From Vicugna vicugna (taxonomy: Eukaryota), in assembly GCA_013265495.1 (NCBI GenBank), contig MU058423.1, positions 3,053,061-3,117,060 of the forward strand: a stretch of 64,000 nt of DNA, given 5' to 3'. Position 1 is the stretch's first letter. Every line of letters begins with the position of its first letter. Shown here in pieces: positions 52,641 to 64,000 of this stretch. Both the position numbers and the translations under genes were made by a program. The notes beneath the pieces were generated by a model. It was not told the origin of the DNA and searched no databases. It worked only from the letters and a program-made list of their open reading frames with translations.

Positions 52641-54151
52641 TTATAGGGAAATCAGAGTGGGGTAGACAGCTTTTTAAAAGCAATTTTTAAGTGGAATAGA
52701 TAAGGTTGAATGTTTACAGGGTCTAAGAACAGCGTATACAGAAAATAAACCCTTATTTTTACACTGTTGTGGTTTGGTATGTTGTCTTTGCTTAATAAAT
52801 ATGCTTACAAGAAAAAGCCCATGAAATTTAAGTGTACGCTTTAAAAGGATGTTAATCCGGGACATTATACCCTATATAAATACATAAAATAATACAGGTG
52901 TTAACTGAGTACTTTTGACAAAATTTCTGGCTGATCTAAGAACCAAGAGTAATTTTTTTTTTCCCCTGAGCCCTTAATGTGATTCCAGATTATGTAACTG
53001 TCTTTCTTCTCATTTTTTAAAACATCGGCCATTTGGAGAAGTGGTTCACACTGCCCATCAGAATCAGCTGAAGGATCTTTAGAACGAACACAGACCCAGA
53101 TCCCTAGATCCCATCCCGGCTGTGTAGAGTGAGAAGCAACAAAAGGTGAAAGAGTTGCCAGCTTGTTCCAGGTGTGGGCATTTGTATTATGCAGTGGTCT
53201 TAGTCCAGGCCCTGCTCTGTCCCATCCTTGTTGACTTGCTTTTGCTAAATTTATGGTGTGTCTTATTACGTGCACTTGTAAATCAGCTTCAGTTCCTGGG
53301 AAGAGGAGGGTGAGGCTTAATGACAACTGAGGGTTAACATTTCTTTTCGTCCTTAATTTCTGTGTCCTAAGTTCTTGACGCACACAAGTCTTTTTTTTTT
53401 TTTTTTGATATTTATTAGGTCCTAAAAAGTTTTATAGCAGTATTTTGCAAAAAAAAAAATAAATTTTAAACTATTTTTATATACACACATATATGTATAT
53501 GTATGTATATACACATATATAAACTAAATATATTTAGTTATTTTTAAGATTACAGAAAGAGCCCAAAACACACGAGAAGAAATTTATTCTTAAGAGTTTT
53601 TTATAATGGCTTTGGCCTAAAAATATGTTGAAAATAGAGATTTTCTTAGTGCAAAAAAAAATCTGTATTTATTAATAGACTATATAATTTTTTACACATT
53701 AGTCAAGTACATTATTGTTATGAAATGGCATAATTTATCACTACATCCATGGTTAAGTATAAAAAAAATGCCATTGTCAATTAAGAGTAAAAAAATTACC
53801 TAAGCAAGAAGATTAAATTCTAGTTTCGATTCGTTTAACTTCCTACTTTACAAATACCAGGCAAAGGAACCTTAACAAGTTGCTAAAGAACATAATCCCA
53901 AGCAGTAATCACAAAAGTTGATGAAGCACCTTTTAAGACACCTCCACCCTGAAACAAGTGAGTGTCCAGAGGAACGTTGATACTATACTATTACAGGTTA
54001 AATATTTACATCATGCTAAAAACATCTGAAGCTGTAGTACAGTGCTATAATTTCTCCTCTTAAGGAAAAAACTAATAGACTGAATTTCCCTGCAGTGTTC
54101 TGAAAGGAAATAAGGTCGCTTAAAAAAAATTCATAGTAATTAGTGGTTTGC

Positions 54152-54379
54152 TTATTTTTTTCCTGAATTTTTAAGTTCTGACAAAGCATTACTCTGTAAA
54201 AGGTCCTTTAGCCCAAATTCAGTGTCTCTGTTTTGATCTCGTTGTAAAAGAACTCTCTGCTCATCCATTCTTTTCGCCTGAGACCGTAAAATAAGGCTAA
54301 AAAAGTCCTCATCTGGTACTGTTTGTCCCTTTGTGGCAGCAGGTGGTGGAGCACATCTTTGATCATCTAATCTGGACCC
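54152..54379 (-). CDS. GPSM2: GPSM2 (LGN) last coding exon: end of GoLoco3 and GoLoco4 (GSRLDDQRCAPPP...DEDFFSLILRSQAKRMDEQR...KNSGKK*)
   Basis: Minus-strand tttttag|GGG acceptor; 228 nt to TAA at 54154-54152. Confidence 0.96.
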   Translation of the reverse strand, partial: GSRLDDQRCAPPPAATKGQTVPDEDFFSLILRSQAKRMDEQRVLLQRDQNRDTEFGLKDLLQSNALSELKNSGKK

Positions 54380-54764
54380 CTAAAAATTTACAAGAAAGAG
54401 ATTAAAATACAAACACTGCAGGGAAGAGCACCAAGGTATGTTACGTCTGTCATTCACAAGAAAATGGGGCTTTAAATGTTTACTGCCTCTTAGAAATACT
54501 TAATTCTCAGACTTGAAACCTAGATCAGACCTCTCTTTTGAAATGATTTATATAATCAGAACATAACAAGTGTTATTTAGACGTGTAGCCATAGTTTCAT
54601 GGCTTTGGTAAAATTAAGACATGAGGTCCCCTTTGTCCAAGATGACAGCTGAAGATTATAATCTTACCATAATGGGCATCAACAAATCCAACCTACCAGA
54701 TCCCTAGGAATGTAACGTGAGGTACAAAACCCCTGCATCACTACCTTATAAGGACTGTCCATTG

Positions 54765-54963
54765 GGCAGTCATCAAACTGTAACCCGTTGCCCATTGTTT
54801 TTGTAAACAGTATCGTTTTCAACACAAGCTCATTTGTGAACTGTGTATGGCTGTTCGCCCGCTACAGTGGCAGAGCTGAGCAGGTGCAACAAAGGCCATA
54901 GAGCCCAAAAAGCCTAAAATATTTTCTGTCTGGCCCTTTACAGAAAAAGTTTGCCTATTCCTG
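54765..54963. mobile_element. MER58-like hAT element
   Basis: aaagcctaaaatattttctgtctggccctttacagaaaaagtttgcc signature. Confidence 0.75.
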
Positions 54964-55462
54964 TCTTAGGCATTTAAATCTATTAAGGAAATAGCCCAGA
55001 GTGAAATTTTCCTTCACGTTCTAACTTACGATTCTTATTTTAGAAGTACGTTAAAAATGTTTTTGATCAAATGAAAAATACAAGCACTTAAAAGTCTACA
55101 GCATAGCGTCTCGAATTAGAGCTCACGGGAGGGTGTGGTGGCAGCCTGGCCGCCTAGCAGCGCCACCCCACCTTCCACACACACCTGGTTCGCTCTTCAC
55201 CATCTCTCCTGTCACAATTCTAGGTCATTTCATTGTCCTCTAATCCATCCAGCACTCAGGTACTTCAGTTCCTAGACCTCCTCTTCTCTGGTGTTCTCAT
55301 CCTTACCCTCTGCCTTATCCATTAACTCCCACGGTCAGAGGCCAGACACAGTCATTCTCAATAATTGCACCATCTTTGAAATGATGATTTTAAAACATCC
55401 CATGTTGACCACTAACTCCTGTTTTTCCAGATCAGGCTCTCCAGTACTCCCCCCAGTAAGTC

Positions 55463-58400
55463 ATTTTTTTTTAAACTGAGGTAAAGTAAACATAACATAA
55501 AATTTACCTTTTGAACCATTTTTAAGTGTACAGTTCATTATCAAGTACATTCATATTGTTGTGCTATCACCACCACCGTCCATCTTCAGAACTTTTTTCA
55601 TCCTGCAAGACTGAAACTCTATACCTGTTAAACAACAACTCTCCATTCTCCCCTCCTTCCAGCCTCTGCAACCACCATTCTGCTTGTCTCTATCAATTTG
55701 ACTACTCTGAGTACCTCCTATGAGTGGACTCATACAGTATTTGTCCTCTTGTGACTCCTTATTTCTCAGCATAACATCTTTAATGTTCATCCATGTTGTA
55801 GAATGGTATTTTTAAGGCTGAAAATATTCCATTGTATATGTACACTGTGTTTTGTTTATCCATTCATCTACTGATGGAAACTTGGGTTGCTTCCACCTTT
55901 TGGCTGTTGTGAATAATGCTAATATCAATATGGGTGTACAAATATAATCTGTTCATGTCCTTGCTTTCAGTCATATCCAGAAATGGGATTGATGGATTAT
56001 GTGATAATTGTATTTTTAATTTTTTAAGGAAGTGTTTTCTTTAGCAGCTGCACCATTTTGTATTCCCACCTGCAGTGCACAAGGGTTCCAATTTCTCCAT
56101 ATCCACAGCAACGGTTGTTATTTTCTGGGTTTTTCTGTTTCTTTTGATAGCAGCCTTCTTAATGGGCGTGAGGTGGTATCTCACTGTGGTTTTGATTTGC
56201 ATTTCCTGAATGACTTACGATGTCAAGCATCTTTTCCTGTGCTTATTGGCCATTTAAATGTCATCTTTGGAGAAATACTGGGTTCTCTGCCCATTTTTGA
56301 ATCAGTTTCTTTGTTGTGGAGTTGTCTATATTCTGGATTAGTCTTTATCAGTTCGATGATTTACAGATATTTCCTGTGGGTTGTCTTTTTACTTTGTTGA
56401 TAGTATCCTTCCGTGCACAAAAGTTTTAAATTTTGATGAAGTCCAATTTGTCTTTTTTTTCTTTTGTTGCCTGTGACTTTGGCATCATCCAAGGAACCAC
56501 TGCCAAATCCGAAGTCATGAAGCTTTCCACTTATGTTTTCTTCTAAGAGTTTTATAGTTTTCTACCTCTTACATTTAGGTCTTTGATCCATTTTGAATTA
56601 ATTTTTCTATGTGGTGGTAGGTAAAGGTCCAGCTTCATTCTTTTGTATGTAGATATCAAGTTTTCCCAGCATCAACTGTTGATAAGACTTCCTTCCACAT
56701 GAATGTCTTGGCACCCTTGTGAAAATCACTTGACCATATATGAGTGTTTATTTCTAGGCTCTCTATTCAGTTCCATTGGTCTATATATGTGTCATGCGAG
56801 TATCACACTGTTTCGATTACTGTAGCTTTGTAGTAAATTTTGAAAACAGCAAGTGTGAGTCCTCCAACTTCGTCTTTCTCCTTCAAGATTGTTTGGGCTG
56901 TTTGGGTTACCTTGAGGTTCTCTATACATTTTCAGATGGACTTTCTATTTCTGTAAAACATTGGAATTTTGATAGGAATTGCACTGAATCTGTAGATCGT
57001 ACTGAGTGATACAGACTTTTTTTATTGAAGTATAGTTGATAGGTGTACAATGTAGTGATTCACGGTTTTTAAAGGTTACACTCCACTTAGTTATTATAAA
57101 ATATTGGCTGTATTCCCCACGTTGTACAATATATCCTTCTTTTATATATCGTAGTTTTTACCTCTTAATCCCTCCCGACTAGTAACCACTAATTTGTTCT
57201 CTGTATCTGTGAGTCTGCTTCTTTTTTCTTATATCCACTAGTCTATTATATTTTTTAGATTCCATATATAAGTGGTATCATACAGTATGTCTTTCTCTGA
57301 CAATACCGACTTTTTAACAGTATTGTCTTCCAATTTATGAACATGGGATTTATATCATCTTTAACTTCTTTCAGAAATATCTTGTAGTTTTCAGTGTACA
57401 AGTCTTTCACCTTCTTGGTTAATGCCTGTACTTTAGTACTTTATTCTTTTTGATGTTATTGTAAGTGGAATTTTTCCTTATTTTCCTTTTTGGACTGTTC
57501 ATTACTAGTGTATAGAAACACAACTGATTTTGGATTTTTATCTTGTATCCCATAACTCTGCTGACTTTCCTAGTTCTAACAAGGTTGTTTTTGTTTTTGT
57601 GTTTTTGGTGAAATCTTTAGGATTTTCTACATATACGACTTTGTCACCTCTGCAGAGATAATTTTACTTTTCTTCTTTTCCAATTTGGATGCTTTCTGTT
57701 TCTCTTCCTTGCTTAATTGCTCTGGCTAGAACTTCCAATACTATGTTGAATATAAATGGCAATGTGGGCATCCATGTCTTGTTCCTGATCTTAAAGAAAA
57801 GCTTTCAGTCTTTTACTACTGATTATGATGATAGCTGTGGGTATATTTCATAAATGATTTTTATTATGTCATAGTTTCCTAACTATTCCTAGTTTGCTTT
57901 TTTTAATCATGAAAATGTGCTGTATTTTTGTCAAATGCTTTTACTGCATCAATTGAGATAATCGTGTTTTTTCTTTCATTTTGTTAATGTGGTATATTAT
58001 ATTGATTGATTTCCATATGTTGAACCATCTTGCATTCCAGGAATAAATCCCAACTGGTTATGGCTTATAATCCTTTTAATATCCAGCTGGATTCTGTTTG
58101 CTGGTATTTTGTTGATAATTTTGCATCCATATTCAAAAAGGATAGTTTTCTTGTAGTGTCTTAACTGGTTTTAGTATCAGGGCAATATTGGCCCCACAGA
58201 ATGACTTGGAAGTGTTCCCTTCTCTTCAATTTTTTGGAATTGGTGTTCTTTAAATATTTGGCAGAATTCACCAGTGAAGCCATCAGGTCCAGGGCTTTTC
58301 TTTTGTCACAAGGTTTTTGATTACTGATAACAATCTCCTCTTATGAATTATGGGTCTATTTTCTATTTCTTCATGATTCAGTTTTGGTTGGTTTTGTGTT

Positions 58401-59265
58401 TCTAATTATTTGCCCATTTTGTCTAGGTTATCCAGCATACAACCACTGATAGCATTCTCCTATAATTCTATTTCTGTAGAATCAGTAGTAATGTCTCTGC
58501 TTTTATTTCTAATTTTGCTAATTTGAGCCATCTCTTTTTCTTAGTATAACTAAAAGTTTGTCAATCTGTTCATCTTTCTAAGGAACCAACTTCTGATTTT
58601 TTTTGATTTTCTCTTTTTCTGTTCTGTATTTAATCTGTCTCTGTTCTAATCTTTGTTACTTCCTTTCTTCAGCTAGTTTTTAGGTTTAGTTTGTTCTTTT
58701 TCAAGTTCCTTAAGTTGTAAAGTTAGGCTGCTGATTTGAGATCTTTTTTAATGTAAGCATTTATGGCTATAAATTTCCCTGAGCACTGCCTTCACTGTAA
58801 ACTAAGTTTTAGTAAATAGTGTTTTCATTTTCATTAGTCTCCAGGTATTTTCTAATTTCCTTTTTGATTTCTTCTTTGACTCATTGGTTGTCTAACTGCC
58901 ACAAATTTGTGAATTTTCCAGTTTTCCTTCTGTTGCTTCTAACTTCATCCCACAGTGGCTGGAGAAGATACTTTGTCTGATATCTATCTCTGTAAATCTG
59001 TTGAGACTTCATTTCTGGCCTAAATATGGTCTGTCCTGGAGAATGTCCTGGATGCACTTAAGAACGTGTATTCTGTTATTGTGTATTATTCTAATCTGTT
59101 AGATCTGCTTGGTTTATTGTGTTGTTCAGGTTCCCTATTTTCCTTCTTTTCTTCTGCGTGGTGGTTCTTCTACCCATTATTGAGACTGGAATGTTGAAGT
59201 CTCCAACTATTACTGTAGAATTGTCCATTTCTCCCTTTGGTTCTGTCGTTTTTGCTTTGTATATG
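55463..59265 (-). mobile_element. Old L1 (~3.8 kb, ORF2 and 3' UTR) in the last GPSM2 intron, sense to GPSM2
   Basis: Continuous antisense L1 text homologous to the element at 1-2445. Confidence 0.92.
57017..57302 (-). mobile_element. Younger L1 3' end nested within the old L1
   Basis: tttttttattgaagtatagttgat tail; TSD atacagactttt (57009-57020) / ataccgactttt (57303-57314). Confidence 0.82.
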
Positions 59266-59299
59266 TTAGTTAAGTATCTTCAGTATTTCTTCAGTCCAC

Positions 59300-61297
59300 T
59301 GACATCACAGCCACTTTTTACTTCCACACTTTTCCTTACTTCCCTTCTTAGATGCAGCCTAGATTCCAAAGTCTGTTACTAAAATCACTCCTTGGTATTT
59401 CTTTCCCCCTTCACCCTATTCTCCTGGCAATACCAACCTTGATTAAATCTATCTCTCTGCCTCCTTAAGCAGCTGGTAATGACTGGAGAAAATACACAAC
59501 TGCACTGACCAGCCTGACTTCCTTGACAGTGAACTTCAAAGTGAGTCCTCAGCACACCTCAGCAAACCTGTTTTCCCTGGTCAATATGCTTTCAGTTTCT
59601 CAAAGCCAATTATGTTCTACTTCCTTGCTTTTCAAAATTGCAATGCTCCAACCTCAGTCTTAGCTAAATGGCCCTTCTTCTTACTTTGCTAAGAAAATAA
59701 AAGGAACCAGCAATAATTCTTACTTGCTATACTTGCTACCTTCAAATCTGTATACATAATACTGTTTTCCTTCTCATCTATGCAAAAACTATTCTTTAAT
59801 TATCCCCTACTCTTCTGCATCACTGATTCCCCTCTTCTACTTGATCATTCCATCAGCAGACATGCTATATTAACTCTCAAAATAAGAATAAACCCACCTT
59901 TATCCTATGTCTCTCTCCAACTAATGATTCATCTGTTTGTCCTCCTTTACAAGCAAAACCACTTGAAAGATCTGTGGGCTATTTTGCCATTACATTTCCC
60001 CTTTTCTCAACCCACTGAATCATTTACCCCATCCACTAAACAGTATCTTTCAAAACTACTACTAATCTCCATGTTGCTAAATCTAGTAGCTCAGCCATCA
60101 TCTTTCTCAGCTGTTTAGCAGCGTCTGACACAACTGAACATTCCTTAAAACACTTCCTTTGCTTGGCTCCTACCACACTTTGCAGGTTTTCTTCCAAATC
60201 TCTGACTGATAGCTGCTTCAGTGGCTCATCTTCCTTTATCCAAATAGTAGATTTTCTAGTGCCCAGGGCTCTTAAGTATTCCTGTTCCCTTTTCTATTCT
60301 GGTAATCGCTTCCCAGGGCTTTAATAACAGCTATATGCTGATGACTCCCAAAGTTACTTCTCTCTTGGGCTCCAGGTTTTTATTTTAATATTGCTTGTTC
60401 CACTTGAATGTCTAATTAGGTATCTGATAGAATACCTAATTAATTTAGGCATTTTAAATTTAAATTTTAAAATTCTCAATTAATTTAGAATTTACATATC
60501 TAAAGTAAAACTTTTGTTTTTCTCTCCAAACCTGTTTCTCCTCTAGTCTTCTCCACATTAGTAAATGGTACCACCCAAGCCCAAAAGGTATGTCATCCTT
60601 AATTCTTTCTCATACCCTCTATCTAGTTTACCCTATTATGACCACTTACCACGACTCTCACCACACTGGCCCAAGTCGCCAGTATTTTTTGCCTGACTAC
60701 CACATGCGTCTTCTAACTGGTTTTCCTACTAATACCCTTTGCCACTACACTGCTTGTTTCAGCAGTAGTCAGGATGATCTCAGAATCCTCCAGTGTCTTC
60801 CTATCACATTTGGAACGTAAGACCTCATCATGGCCCTGACGACTTCTCCATCCTCCTCCTACACCAGTCACACTGGCCACCTTGCCATTCCTTGAACCTG
60901 CTAAGCTTTGATATCCAAGAGGGGACTTGCTGTCTCTGCATGGAATGCTTTCAGTAAATATTCACATATCTGACTGCTTTACCTCATTCAGGTCACTGTT
61001 CAAATGTCAATCCAGAAAGGTCTTCCCTAACCACCATAACTAAAACACTCCTTCAGCAACCACCACCATCCATGGTTACCCATTACCTTTTTATTTTGCT
61101 TTAATTTTCTTTACCACAAGTATCAGTACCTGATATATACTACCCATCTATCTACATATCTATAGGTAAACACACACTTATTCACTCCTTCTCCCACTAA
61201 AATGTAGGATTCCTTAAAAAGCAGGTGTATCCCCAGTGTCTAGAATAGTGCCTAGAACATAATAGGTGTTCAGTCATTTTTTGCTGAATGAATGAAA
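59300..61297 (+). mobile_element. L2 LINE relic
   Basis: L2 motifs (ctatatgctgatgactcccaaa, gtgtctagaatagtgcctagaacataatagg) ending tgctgaatgaatgaa. Confidence 0.8.
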
Positions 61298-61768
61298 GGT
61301 ATCATTATCGTATCTTTCTATGAACACAGAACTAGGGTCAGGCATAGGAAATGTCTCTTTTTAAGTGAAAATAAGCATTATTTTTTCATGGTCCTGTCCA
61401 AGCCATTTCAGACATTCCTTAACGACTTTGGTTAATCACTATTAAAAGAGCTGAAATACGAAAGCTATCTCAATTTATCCATTTCTCCTAAATGGTAAAC
61501 TGTGTAGACAGGGCCCCATCTAGACTGTCTCCATTTTATCCCTGGTTGCTCCTGATACTATCTCCTAAAATTGAGGAAAGAGGGGTTTTTTTTTTTTTTA
61601 CTAGTAGTTGCCTCTCTACCACGGCTCAAAGGGAGTCATCAGCAACCTCTCACCTCACCAGCCAAAACGAGTACAAAATAAGCTCTTCCCAAGTTAGAAT
61701 CATAATACTGCCGAAGCTCTCAACAACATCTGGGCTACATACAAGCTGACAAAAATATGCAGACATAC

Positions 61769-61986
61769 TTGACATTTTACAAGGATGTCGAAGAAGTCTT
61801 CATCAGGCTCTTTGTTGTCATTAGTGATCAGGTGGCCGAGTACTGACTGACTGTTGTTTTGTGTCAGACGGAGCCCTGGTAAATTACTGAAACTGGCCCT
61901 CTGGTCATCCAGACGGCGGCTCTGTGAGCTAGCGAGAAGGTCTAAAAACTCATCTGTGTTGGGGGACACCATGGAAGCAGATGGTG
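61769..61986 (-). CDS. GPSM2: GPSM2 penultimate exon: GoLoco2 and first half of GoLoco3 (...NTDEFLDLLASSQSRRLDDQR...DEDFFDILVKCQ)
   Basis: catag|CA acceptor, CAA|gtatgt donor, 218 nt, phase 1 to 0. Confidence 0.96.
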
Positions 61987-62853
61987 CTATGAACAGGGAA
62001 AAAAAATAAAATAAAATTACTTAAACCTATTTGTTATATACATATAGTTTCTTTTTGCTGTGTTCAGTCCCAACACCCTCTCTGTCCTCCTCTTTAGCTC
62101 TTGTCACTATGAGTCACTGACAGGCTGGGGCCAGACAAGATGGGCGGGGAGGGAAGAATGGATCCCAGAGCACTGCCAGTGGGCCACTGAGAGTTTATTC
62201 GGGCTTGACTCTATTTTCCTTTCTTTAATGCCACCCAAAATAGAACTATATAAAGTACAGGGCTAGATTTCAGAAGATAAATTGTTTTTCTTATATAATT
62301 TCTCAGACCAGGAATAAATGGGCCAGTATTTTTATTCTATGTCCAGGGTAGGACATTTAGCGAACTCAACCTAGAGTTAAGCACTGCTGGCAAGTTTTGG
62401 TCTATGGTATAGAGGGAGTCTTTTGGCAGCTGAAATAGAAACAGTCAGGTAACCTACTGTAGATCTGTCTAAGGCTCAGGCAGGCTCTGGCTTCAGCCGT
62501 AGCCATAGGTTATCCAATCCACACATGAAGCATCTCCATTTTACACAGAATCATACAGTATGTGTATCTGTAATTTTTTCCTATTTTTTAAAGTTAGATT
62601 TTTTTTCCCAGCTGTGAAGAAACTAGGGAGGCAGTAGGATATAGTTAGTAGAAAAGGCACTGGACTAGAAATACAGAAAAACTTACGGGGACTGAAAACC
62701 TTGTTTAAACTGTACAAATATGAGCATTTCAGAAATACCTGGATTCACATTCACTTATTGTGCCTCCTATGATTAGAACTAAAGTCTCAGAAATAAATCA
62801 CAAGAATATCAAAGGGAACTATTCAAACTGTCAGAGAAACATAAATAACTTAC

Positions 62854-63013
62854 TTTTTCGCGTTATTCTGGGGGGAGTGGAAGACGCAGGTGCTGAAGCA
62901 GATCCGGAGTTCTTCTCTTGTAAGCAGCACCTCTGGTCATCCATCCGATTGCTCTGAAATCGGCTTAATAGGTCAAAGAACCCTTCATCTCCAATACTAT
63001 CTGCACTGATTTT
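62854..63013 (-). CDS. GPSM2: GPSM2 exon with GoLoco1 (KISADSIGDEGFFDLLSRFQSNRMDDQRCCLQEKNS...RITRK)
   Basis: ttttag|AAA acceptor, AAA|gtaagt donor, 160 nt, phase 0 to 1. Confidence 0.96.
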
Positions 63014-64000
63014 CTAAAATATTGAGAGAAAATCTAAATATTCCAGCATTATCCTTAGATTATCAATGAAACAATATCATATATACCTCAAATGCAAAAG
63101 GTAAAGGATGAAGATTAAAAATAAAAAATTTGACATTTTCTTTATATAAGATGGCAACATTGGTCATAAAAATTTATTTCAATCCAACCAACAAAAAGCA
63201 TTTCTAGTTTTTTTTTTATCCTTATATTTCTAAAGCTAAATGTATGTACCTTAGACTCAGGGGAACAGCTACGGATAATGAATTACGCAAATATTAGTAA
63301 ACAGGCATGGATCCTACATTCAAAGTTCTGTTATAAGATTCTACAACAGAATTTAAGTAAACTCATCTTTCTAAGAACTGATAAACTAAGTAAGAAAGCA
63401 TGTATATTCTAGCATAGTGATTTGTAAAGTCTTAAAGATTTGAAGATCTTGAAAAAAATATAAACTTCAAATAAATGAATAGAGACAGAGGGATACCTGT
63501 TAGACTTTATGTGGAAAGCTTCAGAACTAAAATGACAAATGCAGTGTTTACTAATAAAGTAATTATTTTTCATAATGATAATATTGTAATAGAGGTACAT
63601 ACATACAAAATGTTATGAGCCTCGGGAGAAGGGTGTAACTAATTCTTAGATGAAATAGCAGAAACTTGTGTGATACCTGAATTGGCTCCTGAAGAGTCAG
63701 TAAGCATTGCAGGGCAGAGATGTTTCATACTGATTAACACTCAATTCCAAAGGTGGTAGTATTCAGGGGACGATGGACTATGGGGTAGGCCGGGGTGGTG
63801 AAGAGGATAATAAAGAAGAAGCCAAAACAAAGGCTTTTGTGTGACATACTAACAATACTTACCCCATGGGAGAGAAGAGGAGCATTGGTAATAGTTTTAA
63901 GAAGTTTTGTATAGAAACAGAACTGGCACTCCCAGTGGGTTGACGGGGTTAGTAAAGCAGGGAGAGAGATGAGTTCAGGTGCCCATTCCAAACTCCGGGT

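Noticed and set aside
52901..53383. 160-aa minus-strand ORF in the GPSM2/CLCC1 3' region
   Set aside because: Non-ATG start, partly over a MER5-like relic, and no recognisable protein features.
53391..53416. Minus-strand AATAAA followed by a genomic A16 as evidence of a retrocopy end
   Set aside because: No TSD or recognisable element body; more relevant as an oligo-dT internal-priming artefact for GPSM2 3' end mapping.
53478..53539. (TA/CA)n microsatellite and 18-bp palindrome AACTAAATATATTTAGTT
   Set aside because: Low-complexity AT-rich sequence where palindromes arise readily.

Overview
Mammalian genomic DNA, probably camelid judging by the tRNA-derived SINE and L1 3' ends (family assignment from memory). 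It covers the known syntenic block WDR47 - CLCC1 - GPSM2. The last nine coding exons of WDR47 (+, 3322-23311) are followed by a 3' UTR ending near 24.5 kb. A CpG-island promoter (~26.8-27.3 kb) precedes the complete CLCC1 gene (+): ten coding exons at 37630-50760 (1659 nt, 552 aa) and a probable spliced terminal UTR exon at 52445. The last three coding exons of GPSM2/LGN (-, 63013-54152) encode all four GoLoco motifs and converge on CLCC1. All coding exons were placed by reading GT-AG boundaries and checking phase. Introns are filled with L1, L2, MIR, SINE, LTR and DNA-transposon relics; repeat family names are recalled and their boundaries are approximate. Most ORFs in the supplied track are repeat noise. 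I found no convincing new biological system. The best leads are an antisense solo LTR with promoter motifs but no poly(A) signal inside CLCC1, an upstream ATG switched by tandem splice acceptors, a CLCC1 3' UTR intron with possibly overlapping CLCC1/GPSM2 ends, a variant GPSM2 stop, and several clear mutational scars.
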